Assembly: GCA_900316125.1 (NCBI GenBank) | Contig: ONBO01000003.1 | Coordinates: forward strand, 418-64,417 | Direction: 5' to 3' | Origin: an uncultured Bacteroidales bacterium | GTDB lineage: Bacteria; Bacteroidota; Bacteroidia; Bacteroidales; Paludibacteraceae | DNA: 64,000 bases | Shown: piece by piece, positions 40,423-50,200 of the stretch | Layout: each line of letters begins with the position of its first letter | Numbering within the stretch: the first letter of the stretch is position 1 | Translations under genes and position numbers: made by a program | The notes under the pieces: generated by a model | Told to the model about the DNA's origin: nothing | The model's input: the letters and a program-made list of their open reading frames with translations, nothing else | The model's database searches: none

Positions 40423-42105
40423 TTAGAATATATATCCGTACGCCACAGTGGCGCTAAAACGAAAGATGTCATCATTATTCAGCACCCACTGGTACTGACC
40501 AATGGCGTTAAACGTAAATTTGTGATGTTTCTTAAGTGTATATGCCAGTGATGTCCGTGCATTGGCGACAAAACGTTGATAAATCTTCTGTTCCAGACCA
40601 ACATTAGCGGAGAGCGAGGATGTCCAGTTAAGCGTCTTTTTAACAAAAAGCGCCGTCACACCAATGGTTGGCCCCACGTATATTGTCTCCAATCCAGCCA
40701 CTTTGTTCCATGTAACATTGGCGGAAGAGTTAAGTGTTACATTCTTCGTCTTAAACATTGCACTGTGCATGAGCGCCGTGTTTAGCATCATTGAGTTACC
40801 TACATCCGGAATACTGTCTCCGTAACGGTCATTAGTACACTGGAAAGAGGCGTTGGCGCTTAGAGACTGAGAACAGAAATCAGTACTCTCAACATTCCAC
40901 ATAGCAGAAAGATACGCATTATGAGACAACTGGGAAAAGTTGAGCGTGTCAAGATTCTCCGTTATGTCATACTGATTTATGTAGTCAAACTGAGAACGAA
41001 CGTTCTTATGCATCTGAAAGTTTGAATACGAGGCAGAGAAATTCATTTTCTCATTAGGAATGTAGGACCAGTTCAAAGACCCTACAAACCTGAGGCTTGT
41101 ATTCGTCTGAGTCTTACGTATATTGTCTCGTTCCACACCCACACTCGCCGTAAGATTCATCTTGTCACTTAGAAAAGCGGAAGCCACGTTCAATGTATAA
41201 TTCTCAAAATCAGAATTGAAATAATATGCGCCAAGCGATGCGTAATCAGGGTCAACATGCTCAAAGGCAAAACCTATGGATGTCTTTTTAACCTGATAAG
41301 AAAATCCGCACTTGGCGGCTTGGTAAAAGCCCAACGTAGCACCATTGGGAATGCGAAAATCATGTTCAAGAAAACTAAAGGCATACTCAGCAAACAGATG
41401 CAGAGCCTTAAACAGGGTGAACCCCACTTCAACATTGGCGGCGACGTTACGCTGAGGGGTTATTCCCAGACTGTCAGGTTTCCACTTGAGGGAGTTTTCA
41501 TAATCCTTTGCTATGAAAACACTGCCGCCCACATAAAATATCCTGTGATCATATCTGAGTTTTGCCGCCGCTCCCAAACGCTTGTAACACGCCGCAACAG
41601 TTGTCTGGGTGTTGTCAGGGTCATATTCCACAGCTTTCTGTAGCCTGCCGAACATTATTGACGCAGTCCAGTGTTCTGGTGTCAAATCAACACCTGCACC
41701 AGTAAACTGATGTCCGCCGAGCGTGTACGGGGAATAACTCATTGAAACGTCACCAATATGAGCCGAAGCCCACTTGTATGACGGATGTATGCCAAATCTG
41801 TTAGGCATATTAGGATACGCGTATGTGAAGCCTGAATTGGTGAAATTAAAGTTAAATGGTAAATCTATGAGTCTGAACAACTTGAAATTAACGCTCCCCT
41901 GTATCATGTAAGTCCACGGCAGATGCCCGTACATCTTACTCGCGGCATAATATGTGCCTGATGCAGACACGCCACCGCTTACCTTAAACAGCTCTTTTTT
42001 TGAGAAGTTCCGTTTCATATCCTCAATGCGTATGGTCTGGGCGGACAATGAGAACATTCCCAATGCCAGCATCAAAGCCACTATGCCACAACGTAAGACC
42101 TGCAA
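40423..42105 (-). CDS. Outer-membrane beta-barrel protein, family unknown (operon gene 8)
   Basis: 560 aa. A TTG start gives a good signal peptide (MQVLRCGIVALMLALGMFSLSAQ). The sequence has an alternating beta-strand pattern rich in aromatic residues and Gly. The C-terminus, YGYIF, has the aromatic terminal residue typical of OMPs. The start is 4 nt after the preceding stop. Confidence 0.6.
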   Translation of the reverse strand: MQVLRCGIVALMLALGMFSLSAQTIRIEDMKRNFSKKELFKVSGGVSASGTYYAASKMYGHLPWTYMIQGSVNFKLFRLIDLPFNFNFTNSGFTYAYPNMPNRFGIHPSYKWASAHIGDVSMSYSPYTLGGHQFTGAGVDLTPEHWTASIMFGRLQKAVEYDPDNTQTTVAACYKRLGAAAKLRYDHRIFYVGGSVFIAKDYENSLKWKPDSLGITPQRNVAANVEVGFTLFKALHLFAEYAFSFLEHDFRIPNGATLGFYQAAKCGFSYQVKKTSIGFAFEHVDPDYASLGAYYFNSDFENYTLNVASAFLSDKMNLTASVGVERDNIRKTQTNTSLRFVGSLNWSYIPNEKMNFSASYSNFQMHKNVRSQFDYINQYDITENLDTLNFSQLSHNAYLSAMWNVESTDFCSQSLSANASFQCTNDRYGDSIPDVGNSMMLNTALMHSAMFKTKNVTLNSSANVTWNKVAGLETIYVGPTIGVTALFVKKTLNWTSSLSANVGLEQKIYQRFVANARTSLAYTLKKHHKFTFNAIGQYQWVLNNDDIFRFSATVAYGYIF

Positions 42106-42109
42106 CCTG

Positions 42110-44968
42110 CTACTTAATTATCAGTTTAAATGTCTGTCTTATACTGTTTTCCGGCAGCATTAGTACCATGATGTACATACCAGCTGTCAGAGACAAGCTC
42201 ATCCGCTCAAAGTACTTGTCACTTCCTGCAAGGTTGAGCGTTTCAGCCACCTGAACACCTTTCACAAAATCACAGATGCGGATCTCTGCGTCAGACGCTT
42301 TGGACAGCTCCAGCGATACGGACACATTACCGTCTGACGGATTCGGTGATACGGAGAATCTTTTAATTGAGAGCCCCTCGTCATCATAATCACCAGCAAT
42401 AAACGGAGCGTCAACAACCTCCACTTTCTTGTAAACAGTCTCCTTGCAACCGTCATGATAGCTGCTCATACCCAGCATATACTCTCCTTCTTCGCTAAAC
42501 CTCATATCCAGATACCTATCTCCCTCCTCCACTATCTCTATTCCCGCATCTTGAGGATAGTGCCACTGGTATGAAGTAAAATTATCCCTTGTAATATTCG
42601 CTAGACGCACCAGGCCGTTCTTCTTGACGGTTGAGGCCACAATCCAGTCACAAGACACCTCTTTGGGTGACTTTATAACCTGCATGGTTGACGTGTCACT
42701 GCACAAACCGTCTGACGCTATTACCGAGTACAATCCGCCATCCGTTACATCTATTGAATCTCCATTAGTTAGATACTCATCACCACGATACCACTTGTAA
42801 ATATTTTCTGGAGCAGGCTTGTCAACTCCCACACGTACAGTCTGACCTTTGCAAACTGTTATCTCATCGGGGATACTCACCTCTATATTGCCATGCTGTG
42901 ACAAACTGACGTCCGTACTACTCGTACGGTTGGCAATATCTATTGCTGTGACGTTGTAGTCTCCAGCTCTAAGGTCTTGCAGTTTCAGCGTATGATTTTC
43001 AACCTTGTAATTCTCAGAGTCATCATTAGAACTGACAGTAACGGAATACGGCGGCTCCCCGCCGTCCAGACTGACGGATATCATACCGTCAGAATATCCA
43101 TAGCAAGTGACATTACGTTTGTCAAGGTTAAGCGCTATTGGTTGATGTATGTCAATCTCTGATGAACCAGTACAGCCATTATGGTCCATGACCTCAACAG
43201 TATAATGTCCTGATTGCAAACTGTTATTCACTACATACGAGGAGCTGAACGGATATGGAATAATAACGTCACCCTCCACCTCGGCGTCATCAGAGCGCCA
43301 ACTGACAGAATACGGAGCACACCCGCCGGTCACATGATTAAAATTCAGCACTCCGTCTGGTTTGCCATATTGTGTAGCGTCCACTCCGGACACACTGAAA
43401 TCCAGCGGCTCGTTTTCAAATATCTCTATGGTTTTGCCATACTGTGCCTGACATCCGTTGCCGTCAATGACCGATAGTGTGTATGACCCTGCGTCCAATC
43501 CTGAGAACTGAACCGCATTTGACTGACGGTTCTTGTATTCTCCTTTTACTGACTGAAGTGTTGCCGTATATCCGCCTTTTGCATTGAGTACGCTGTATGA
43601 AACGCTTCCGTCTTTAGCACCAAAACACGTTATGTCACTTTTCCCTACATTTGCAATTTCAAGAGCGGGTGGTGCCGCCGGCATCGTAACAACCGCACGG
43701 TGACGGGGTGCTCCTGCGTAATACTCATGAAAGTTTCCATTCGTATCAGTCCATCCGCCGCTTATTTCAACCTTGTAGGTTTCAGGTAAAATATCATTAA
43801 ATACAGTTACTGTACTCACATTTGTAGTATCACATATTGGTTTTTCACCATCCAAAGCATTATCCTTTTTTACAATCAAATTGATATTACCTGAAGAAGC
43901 AACCTCTTTGGATAGTTTAACAATCAATTTCCCTTTGTCTCCAGCACATTTAGGTTCCACAACCTCAACATCTATACCTGGAGCGGATAATACTGGTTCC
44001 AACGTAATTGAACCTTCTGATTTTTTACACACAACAGATTCATCCATATTAATATATATCTTATCTCCATCAACAATCATCTGTTTAAATTTTTCCTCAG
44101 AGAACAAATCATATCCGTCAAAAGACAAAAATGGAGCGAAATAATCATCGCCATACAGCATAAAGGCAGTCAAACTCTTGAATGATGATTTTTGTTCGTT
44201 ATGTGTTACTGTGAACTGTGGTTTATATATTCTCTCAGGAAAACCAGGCGTCATCTCAAAATAAACTTCATCCTCTGATGGTAAATTCATTGTAACTCTA
44301 GAATCAGAATTCAACTTATATTGCCAATCACTATCAAATGCATACATTAAAATTCTATTGGGAATTACTGTGAGTACACTCTTAAATGTGCATTTTATTC
44401 TTGCTCCATCATAATTATATTGGAAGGCACTCTTACAGTTATACCCTAAACTTTGGAGCTCAATATCGTTTATTTTCCTTTCATAAGTGAAGGCATTTAT
44501 CTCAATTGGAGTGCCAACTTTAAAAATGAAAGTTGTTTGATTGTTTACCGTTTCATTCCTCAACTCTCTGCAACTACTACTTATTTCAAATGCTCCATAA
44601 TACGACCGAGTTAGATTTATTACATTACCCTCTTTTAAATAATGATTACCTACTGTTGCTCTAACAGACGGGAATGACCTTGATGACTGATTAAATGTAG
44701 ATGATTGTTGAGTGCCGACACCCATAAATGTTTGATTTAGATTATATTTAAAAATGTTTGACTTTGAATTGTGAGATATCCACCCTCCGTTATATTCCTC
44801 AACATATTCAGTGTCAAACTTTATTACATACTCCCCAAACGGAATATCCACATCATCTGAAAAAGAACTCTCCATTGCACAGCATCCAATAGGAATGACA
44901 CACATTGCAATTATGAACGATACAACATGCAATTTAATGTTGCTCTTTATGTTTTTTAAGTTTCTCAT
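42110..44968 (-). CDS. SprB-repeat cell-surface protein with type A T9SS C-terminal sorting domain (operon gene 7)
   Basis: 952 aa. It has repeated C.G..DG.(I/V)......GG..PY motifs (ITCFGAKDGSVSYSV, VTCYGYSDGMISVSLDGGEPPYSV). The tail FSVSPNPSDGNVSV...GMYIMVLML...FKLIIK is CTD-like. Its start overlaps the gene 6 stop (TAATG). Confidence 0.75.
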   Translation of the reverse strand: MRNLKNIKSNIKLHVVSFIIAMCVIPIGCCAMESSFSDDVDIPFGEYVIKFDTEYVEEYNGGWISHNSKSNIFKYNLNQTFMGVGTQQSSTFNQSSRSFPSVRATVGNHYLKEGNVINLTRSYYGAFEISSSCRELRNETVNNQTTFIFKVGTPIEINAFTYERKINDIELQSLGYNCKSAFQYNYDGARIKCTFKSVLTVIPNRILMYAFDSDWQYKLNSDSRVTMNLPSEDEVYFEMTPGFPERIYKPQFTVTHNEQKSSFKSLTAFMLYGDDYFAPFLSFDGYDLFSEEKFKQMIVDGDKIYINMDESVVCKKSEGSITLEPVLSAPGIDVEVVEPKCAGDKGKLIVKLSKEVASSGNINLIVKKDNALDGEKPICDTTNVSTVTVFNDILPETYKVEISGGWTDTNGNFHEYYAGAPRHRAVVTMPAAPPALEIANVGKSDITCFGAKDGSVSYSVLNAKGGYTATLQSVKGEYKNRQSNAVQFSGLDAGSYTLSVIDGNGCQAQYGKTIEIFENEPLDFSVSGVDATQYGKPDGVLNFNHVTGGCAPYSVSWRSDDAEVEGDVIIPYPFSSSYVVNNSLQSGHYTVEVMDHNGCTGSSEIDIHQPIALNLDKRNVTCYGYSDGMISVSLDGGEPPYSVTVSSNDDSENYKVENHTLKLQDLRAGDYNVTAIDIANRTSSTDVSLSQHGNIEVSIPDEITVCKGQTVRVGVDKPAPENIYKWYRGDEYLTNGDSIDVTDGGLYSVIASDGLCSDTSTMQVIKSPKEVSCDWIVASTVKKNGLVRLANITRDNFTSYQWHYPQDAGIEIVEEGDRYLDMRFSEEGEYMLGMSSYHDGCKETVYKKVEVVDAPFIAGDYDDEGLSIKRFSVSPNPSDGNVSVSLELSKASDAEIRICDFVKGVQVAETLNLAGSDKYFERMSLSLTAGMYIMVLMLPENSIRQTFKLIIK

Positions 44969-46032
44969 TATTTTCCGGCTTCAATTACATTCACCAACTC
45001 GTTAATATTAACGGTTAAGTCAGGCGAACCATTCTTGTATTTCTCGTAAATATTATGAGAAAGGATTAAATCACACTTTTGCGGTTCTGGAACCCAATCC
45101 ACTAAAACAACTTCTAAATATTCCAAATTATCACACTCACTTAAATCAATTTTCCGAATCCCGTGACAGTTAGATAATGCCACATTTTTAACGTTTTTTG
45201 CATTTGACATGTTTAATTCTTTAATCGAGAATTTTTCTACCGATAGAGATGTTAACAATGGCATATCAAGTTTTTCAAAACCATATATTGTAGGACAAGT
45301 GGAAGAATTGGATGTTAACGCAATACCTTCTATTACTGATTCAGATGAAAAAATCAATCTTATATGATTAGCCGTACTATTGCAATTAATATAGTTTAAA
45401 TTAATGATTCTAAGTGCTTTATTTCGACTAAAATCAACTGGTCTATCATAATAATAGTCATACTCTTCATCATAATAATCGAGATCTATATAAGCATAAT
45501 AATTAATTTCAGACATAATAACCTTAACATTTTTCAACAAAGAGGCATCTGCCTGATACCACTTGTCAAGCATCTCTATTTTTGACATTTCATATTTTGA
45601 CATAATGCCGTCATTGTTCAAGTCAAGACCTTTACTTATGTAATATGAATCCCCTCCTGAAGGCAAGGTTACAAGTACAACCAATGTATCCTTATACACC
45701 TTCCCATTATTTTCACAATACAAAGAAACGTATGTGGGGTCACTGCTTAATGAGGTTATTTCACACTGTTCATTGACAGAAAGTACAGACGGGTCACACG
45801 GAGTGAATTTAATGTTATAATCTACTGGATTCTCTATCTTCTTATAATCCACATATATATCCGGCTTAATTACATCACCCACTTTGCATTTAATCACACG
45901 TGGCACAAATACTACCGTATTGTTAACTGGCAAGTATTTCTTTTGTGGAGTGTCATCCTTCTTCTCACACCCGCACAACAGCACAGCACCTGCCACTAAT
46001 AGAATAACTGCTCTTAAAATTGTTTTGTTCAT
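44968..46032 (-). CDS. Lipoprotein with Ig-like, EF-hand/dockerin-like and LRR-like segments (operon gene 6)
   Basis: I place the start at ATG 46032 (MNKTILRAVILLVAGAVLLCGC is a lipobox). The sequence has DLNNDGIMSKYEM and C-terminal LRR-like repeats (L..L.......I..L....). Confidence 0.6.
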   Translation of the reverse strand: MNKTILRAVILLVAGAVLLCGCEKKDDTPQKKYLPVNNTVVFVPRVIKCKVGDVIKPDIYVDYKKIENPVDYNIKFTPCDPSVLSVNEQCEITSLSSDPTYVSLYCENNGKVYKDTLVVLVTLPSGGDSYYISKGLDLNNDGIMSKYEMSKIEMLDKWYQADASLLKNVKVIMSEINYYAYIDLDYYDEEYDYYYDRPVDFSRNKALRIINLNYINCNSTANHIRLIFSSESVIEGIALTSNSSTCPTIYGFEKLDMPLLTSLSVEKFSIKELNMSNAKNVKNVALSNCHGIRKIDLSECDNLEYLEVVLVDWVPEPQKCDLILSHNIYEKYKNGSPDLTVNINELVNVIEAGK

Positions 46033-46060
46033 TTCTGTTTTGTTTTTATTTAGGTTAATA

Positions 46061-47278
46061 TTATTTGTTATCACTTTTATCCAATTGCTTTCCATTGAGG
46101 AACTGGTCAAACTCTGATTTGTGTACCCTGTAAAATTCTTTGTTTACGGTAATAGGCTTCTTGAAGATTTCAAGTTCATTCAACTTGTCGTTGCCGTAAA
46201 TAAACCGGTCTAGCAGATAAATCATCTCAACAAATCTGGATTCTACAGAACCCTTGTGTTTTTTCTTGTATTCCTCACTGTCAACAGGACAACCAAAGAC
46301 CATGTGCTTTAAGGCAGCAATATCTTCTATATTATCTGGGAATGGATTCAGTCTTCCTCCTGCAGCATCTAAAATAACCATTTCACAATAATACACGGTC
46401 TCTTCAGACGGTGAGCAAAACAACGTTTTTTCGCCATAGAATTTATTCTCCTCGTTTAACCTGACTATTATAACAAAGTCTTCACACTGCATAAAGAGAG
46501 ATCCGTCGATAAACTCATACCTGATGTTGTGTCTTTCCACAAATTCCTTAAAATAGAATTTCTCTTTATAAATTGACAAATTAACATACGGGCATATCAC
46601 CCCCTTTTTCTCCATCAAACTGAGAATGTCTGGGTCTGGATTTTTCAAATCAAGTTCATACACATCTTCCTTCCCTGTATATTCTTTTTTGAGCGATTTC
46701 TCTATATTGTCGGTTTTCAAATAACGGCGTCGAAGGATAATCTTTTCAATATATCGTTTAGGAATAAATGTATATGAATCATATCCGTCATAGTGGCTTC
46801 CCCCTGATTTTTCTATAACCTCGCTTTGCGGTATGGTCTTCAGTATCTCCTTCTGAATGTCTGTCAACTCCAGTGTGTAGCCTGAATGGGAAAGGATGAC
46901 ATATTCCGGGAATATCTCCGTCATACTCCACAAAAAACAATCTGCCTCCTTCTCAAACTTAACCTCGTATCCGTTTATAACCATTGTGACATAATAGTCG
47001 TAAAAAGCCTCAACTTCTGACTTGCGGATTAAGTGGATAGGATACCAGTAGTCTTTATTATCATTGGACTTAGCCACATGGTCTGGTTTTACAACTACTG
47101 TACCTTTTCCATTATACCATCCGTCAGACAAGACCGATGAATTTTCAGCAAAGCGACACATATCAACAAATGTTACAGTCCCCACTCTTGCTTTTTTTTG
47201 TATCATTGGTCGGCATTCTCTACCATATATTAAAACAGAACCTCTATCATTAAATATATTATTAATAACAATATTCAT
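46061..47278 (-). CDS. Hypothetical cytoplasmic protein, 405 aa, no signal peptide (operon gene 5; immunity-protein candidate)
   Basis: An intact ORF starts 8 nt after the gene 4 stop. I recognise no motif. It is very AT-rich, like the 3' half of gene 4. Confidence 0.5.
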   Translation of the reverse strand: MNIVINNIFNDRGSVLIYGRECRPMIQKKARVGTVTFVDMCRFAENSSVLSDGWYNGKGTVVVKPDHVAKSNDNKDYWYPIHLIRKSEVEAFYDYYVTMVINGYEVKFEKEADCFLWSMTEIFPEYVILSHSGYTLELTDIQKEILKTIPQSEVIEKSGGSHYDGYDSYTFIPKRYIEKIILRRRYLKTDNIEKSLKKEYTGKEDVYELDLKNPDPDILSLMEKKGVICPYVNLSIYKEKFYFKEFVERHNIRYEFIDGSLFMQCEDFVIIVRLNEENKFYGEKTLFCSPSEETVYYCEMVILDAAGGRLNPFPDNIEDIAALKHMVFGCPVDSEEYKKKHKGSVESRFVEMIYLLDRFIYGNDKLNELEIFKKPITVNKEFYRVHKSEFDQFLNGKQLDKSDNK

Positions 47279-47286
47279 AATTCCAT

Positions 47287-50200
47287 TTACTTACTAATCC
47301 ATATTAATTTTTCGTTTACCTCTATCAATTCATATACATTCTCTACTACTCCATTAGCATTATATTGGGTAGCGGTTGCACCTTTCTGCAATGGGAATCT
47401 TACATCCTTTTCCCCAATATAGAACTCCGGAACAATCAAGTCCGTTTCCTTGTGACCTAAAACACCTGTATATGTCTGAGGCAGTTTTTTCTCTACATTA
47501 TTCAAATATTCCTTGGCTTCATACGGACGTTTAACATTTCTTACCATGTCGTCTGTCATTGTTGTCTCAATCTTAACATATCCAGTTGAATTAAGGAAAG
47601 GTGAATTATCATAATGCAAACCTATATCTACTATCAATTGACTTAATTCAACATTATTTAAACTGTAATCAGATGCTTTTAAAATACATCCATTGATTTC
47701 AGTTGAATTGTTTTTTATAAAACGATATTCAAATTTTACAGCTTCAACATATTTAACTACCTTCTCACCTGATTTAGGCAGTTCAAAGCATTTTTCAGAA
47801 ATTGCTCTGGTCAACATTACAAGTTCATCACTTGCATCCCCTGTGGAGGCAAGCCTGTTAATCTGGATAAGTTTACCTATATCATCATCGGTCAACCCCT
47901 CTTTTTTCAGAATATTACAAATGTTCTTGTTCACTTTTGTAATATCTACAGTTTCCAATCCTTCCCATGCTTTTAAAACCTTAGCGTCCACTTTTGCAAA
48001 AGAAGAGAGTCTCTTGTGCAAACTCAACTTTGAAGCGATATGTTCTGCTACCTTTGGCAACTGTTTAACAAAAACAGACCCTGCAACAATTGTTAATACA
48101 GATCTTGTTGTACCCCTGGAGCCTAAATTGCGTTTTCTTCCACCATCAGTTTCATTTAAGCCAAGTTCCCTATATTCATCCGACGTCAGTCCGGTTGCCT
48201 CCTCCAATGCAATGTCAGCAAGCAGTTTGAACAGCACACTCTTGTCTTCTCCTATGGCATCTGCAATGGCTGACAAAGATTGCCTTACCTCTTCTCTTTT
48301 TTCTTCGCTTACAACTAACTCATATCCCGTATAAACAATGGACGTGACATCCGTAACATCTCTTAGAGCGGCTTCTGATGTACCTGTAAGCAACCCTGGT
48401 AACTTTATTATACTTTCACTGTTGTCATTATATATTTTCTGCTGGAATTCACCGGTTTTTAATACTTCAGAAACCATTTCTATTCCAGATGCAGCGATTT
48501 TGAAAAAAGTTTCATTTCCCCTGACCTGAACCTGTTCCCCTCCTGGAAACTCGTCCTCTATATGATTCTTCGTCTTTTCAGACAAAGATGTTACGTTCTC
48601 TTCCTTAAGCCACTGGTTCGTACTCCTGCAAATCTCATCAGACAGTTCTCCGTAATTAACAACACCTATGTTTTGAGACTTGAAATTCTTGTTTATGCCA
48701 ACAACTTTTAGTTGCCATATTCCGTTTTTCTTGTAAATGCGAATCTTTGATTCTGATTCATCCCCAAGAATACCTTGCCTTATATCTTCATAAGTAACAT
48801 TATCTTGTTTAACAACTCCGTTATCTAGATAATATGCCTTTCCGTTGTAGAGAATCTCGAATTGTTGACCCTTTGATGCATATTCCGCCAGTTCTTTCAA
48901 TTGCCCGCTTACAAAATCAGAAAAACATTTTTCAACAATTGAAGTCAGTTCCTTGTTGTCTATAGAGGCATTCTCACATATATTTGAGACATTTGAAGAA
49001 GGGTCACACGCAGAGACAACAATTCCATTGTCAAGTATTACAACAGCATCAACAAAATCCTCTGAAATTACAAAATTAGCATTAGAAAAAAACTCTCTAT
49101 CTGTTATTTCAATAACCTTAGACCATTCTCCGTCTCTGCAACCATACGCTTTGTATGTTTCAACCACATCTATGCCTGTTTCTCTTCTATTGGCATCTGA
49201 ACCGCACTTTCTGATATATGCGTAATCATAACCGGCAAGCTGTTTCACCGCATCTCTAACCCATTCGCTATCCTCATCCTTCTCCCATAGTTCCGTTAGC
49301 AGGGCGGGATTGTGGATTTGGTTCCACTGCCACTTGGCTATGTGCGTGGCTCTGCTTGGTGTGGGGGCGTAGTCCATAAGGTTGTCTGTCTTTCCCTTTT
49401 TGCTCTCCGCTCCCTTTCCGTATTCGCTGTCAAACGTATGGCGCAGGCGGTATTTGCCGTGCCCGAGCTCGTGCGCTATTACAGCCGGCAGGTTTTCAGA
49501 CTTAACGGCGTCTGTGTTTATGTACCCGTACTGCTCGCCGCGCGGCATGAAGCCTGCAAGCTCCCTCTTGGAGCCTGAGCCGTTTGCCGGCATCATAAAC
49601 AGGTAGCACGTTTTGCCGTCATACCTGTCTCCAAGATATGTTTCAAACGCCCTGTTAAGGTTTTTCTGGCGAGAGTTGTAAAGTTCCAGAGCCTTGCTTT
49701 TGCTGTCAAACAGGTACGCTATGCTATCCTTTGGGTATGAGAATCCGTTCTCCTCCGTGACGTTCCACGTTACACCCACCCTGCCGTATATGGAGTTAAG
49801 CCCCGCCTCAATCTGGCTTGCGCTGTATGAACCGCCCAGATTAACCAGACACACACCTGCTCTCATTGGTGCGCGGGTGTCAACATCAAGCATACCTAAC
49901 TGGTAGCACCTGTCTCCCACCATGTAAACCGCATGGACGGTCTGGCGACTGTCTGCCTGTGAGGCGGCAACCGTTACGCTGTACGTCCCGTCTGCATTGT
50001 ACGTTGACGGCAGTACCGTAACACCGCCTTCATCTGAAACAATGAACTGGAGGTCCTCCGGCTTTGGTATCTCCTTCTTGCCTGAGCCTGTGAGCTTGAG
50101 CCTCGCTCGCACCTGCTCCGTGCAACCCTCTCCTATAAAGAGCCACGGCACGTCATAATACGGGTCACAGTTTGACATCCTGCGGTATATGCGCCCGCCG

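Noticed and set aside
43760-49270. The low-GC cassette considered as an integrated mobile element or prophage remnant.
   Set aside because: It contains no integrase, transposase, tRNA target or obvious terminal repeats. Both borders lie inside intact ORFs in frame. In-frame recombinational module exchange fits better than insertion of an element.
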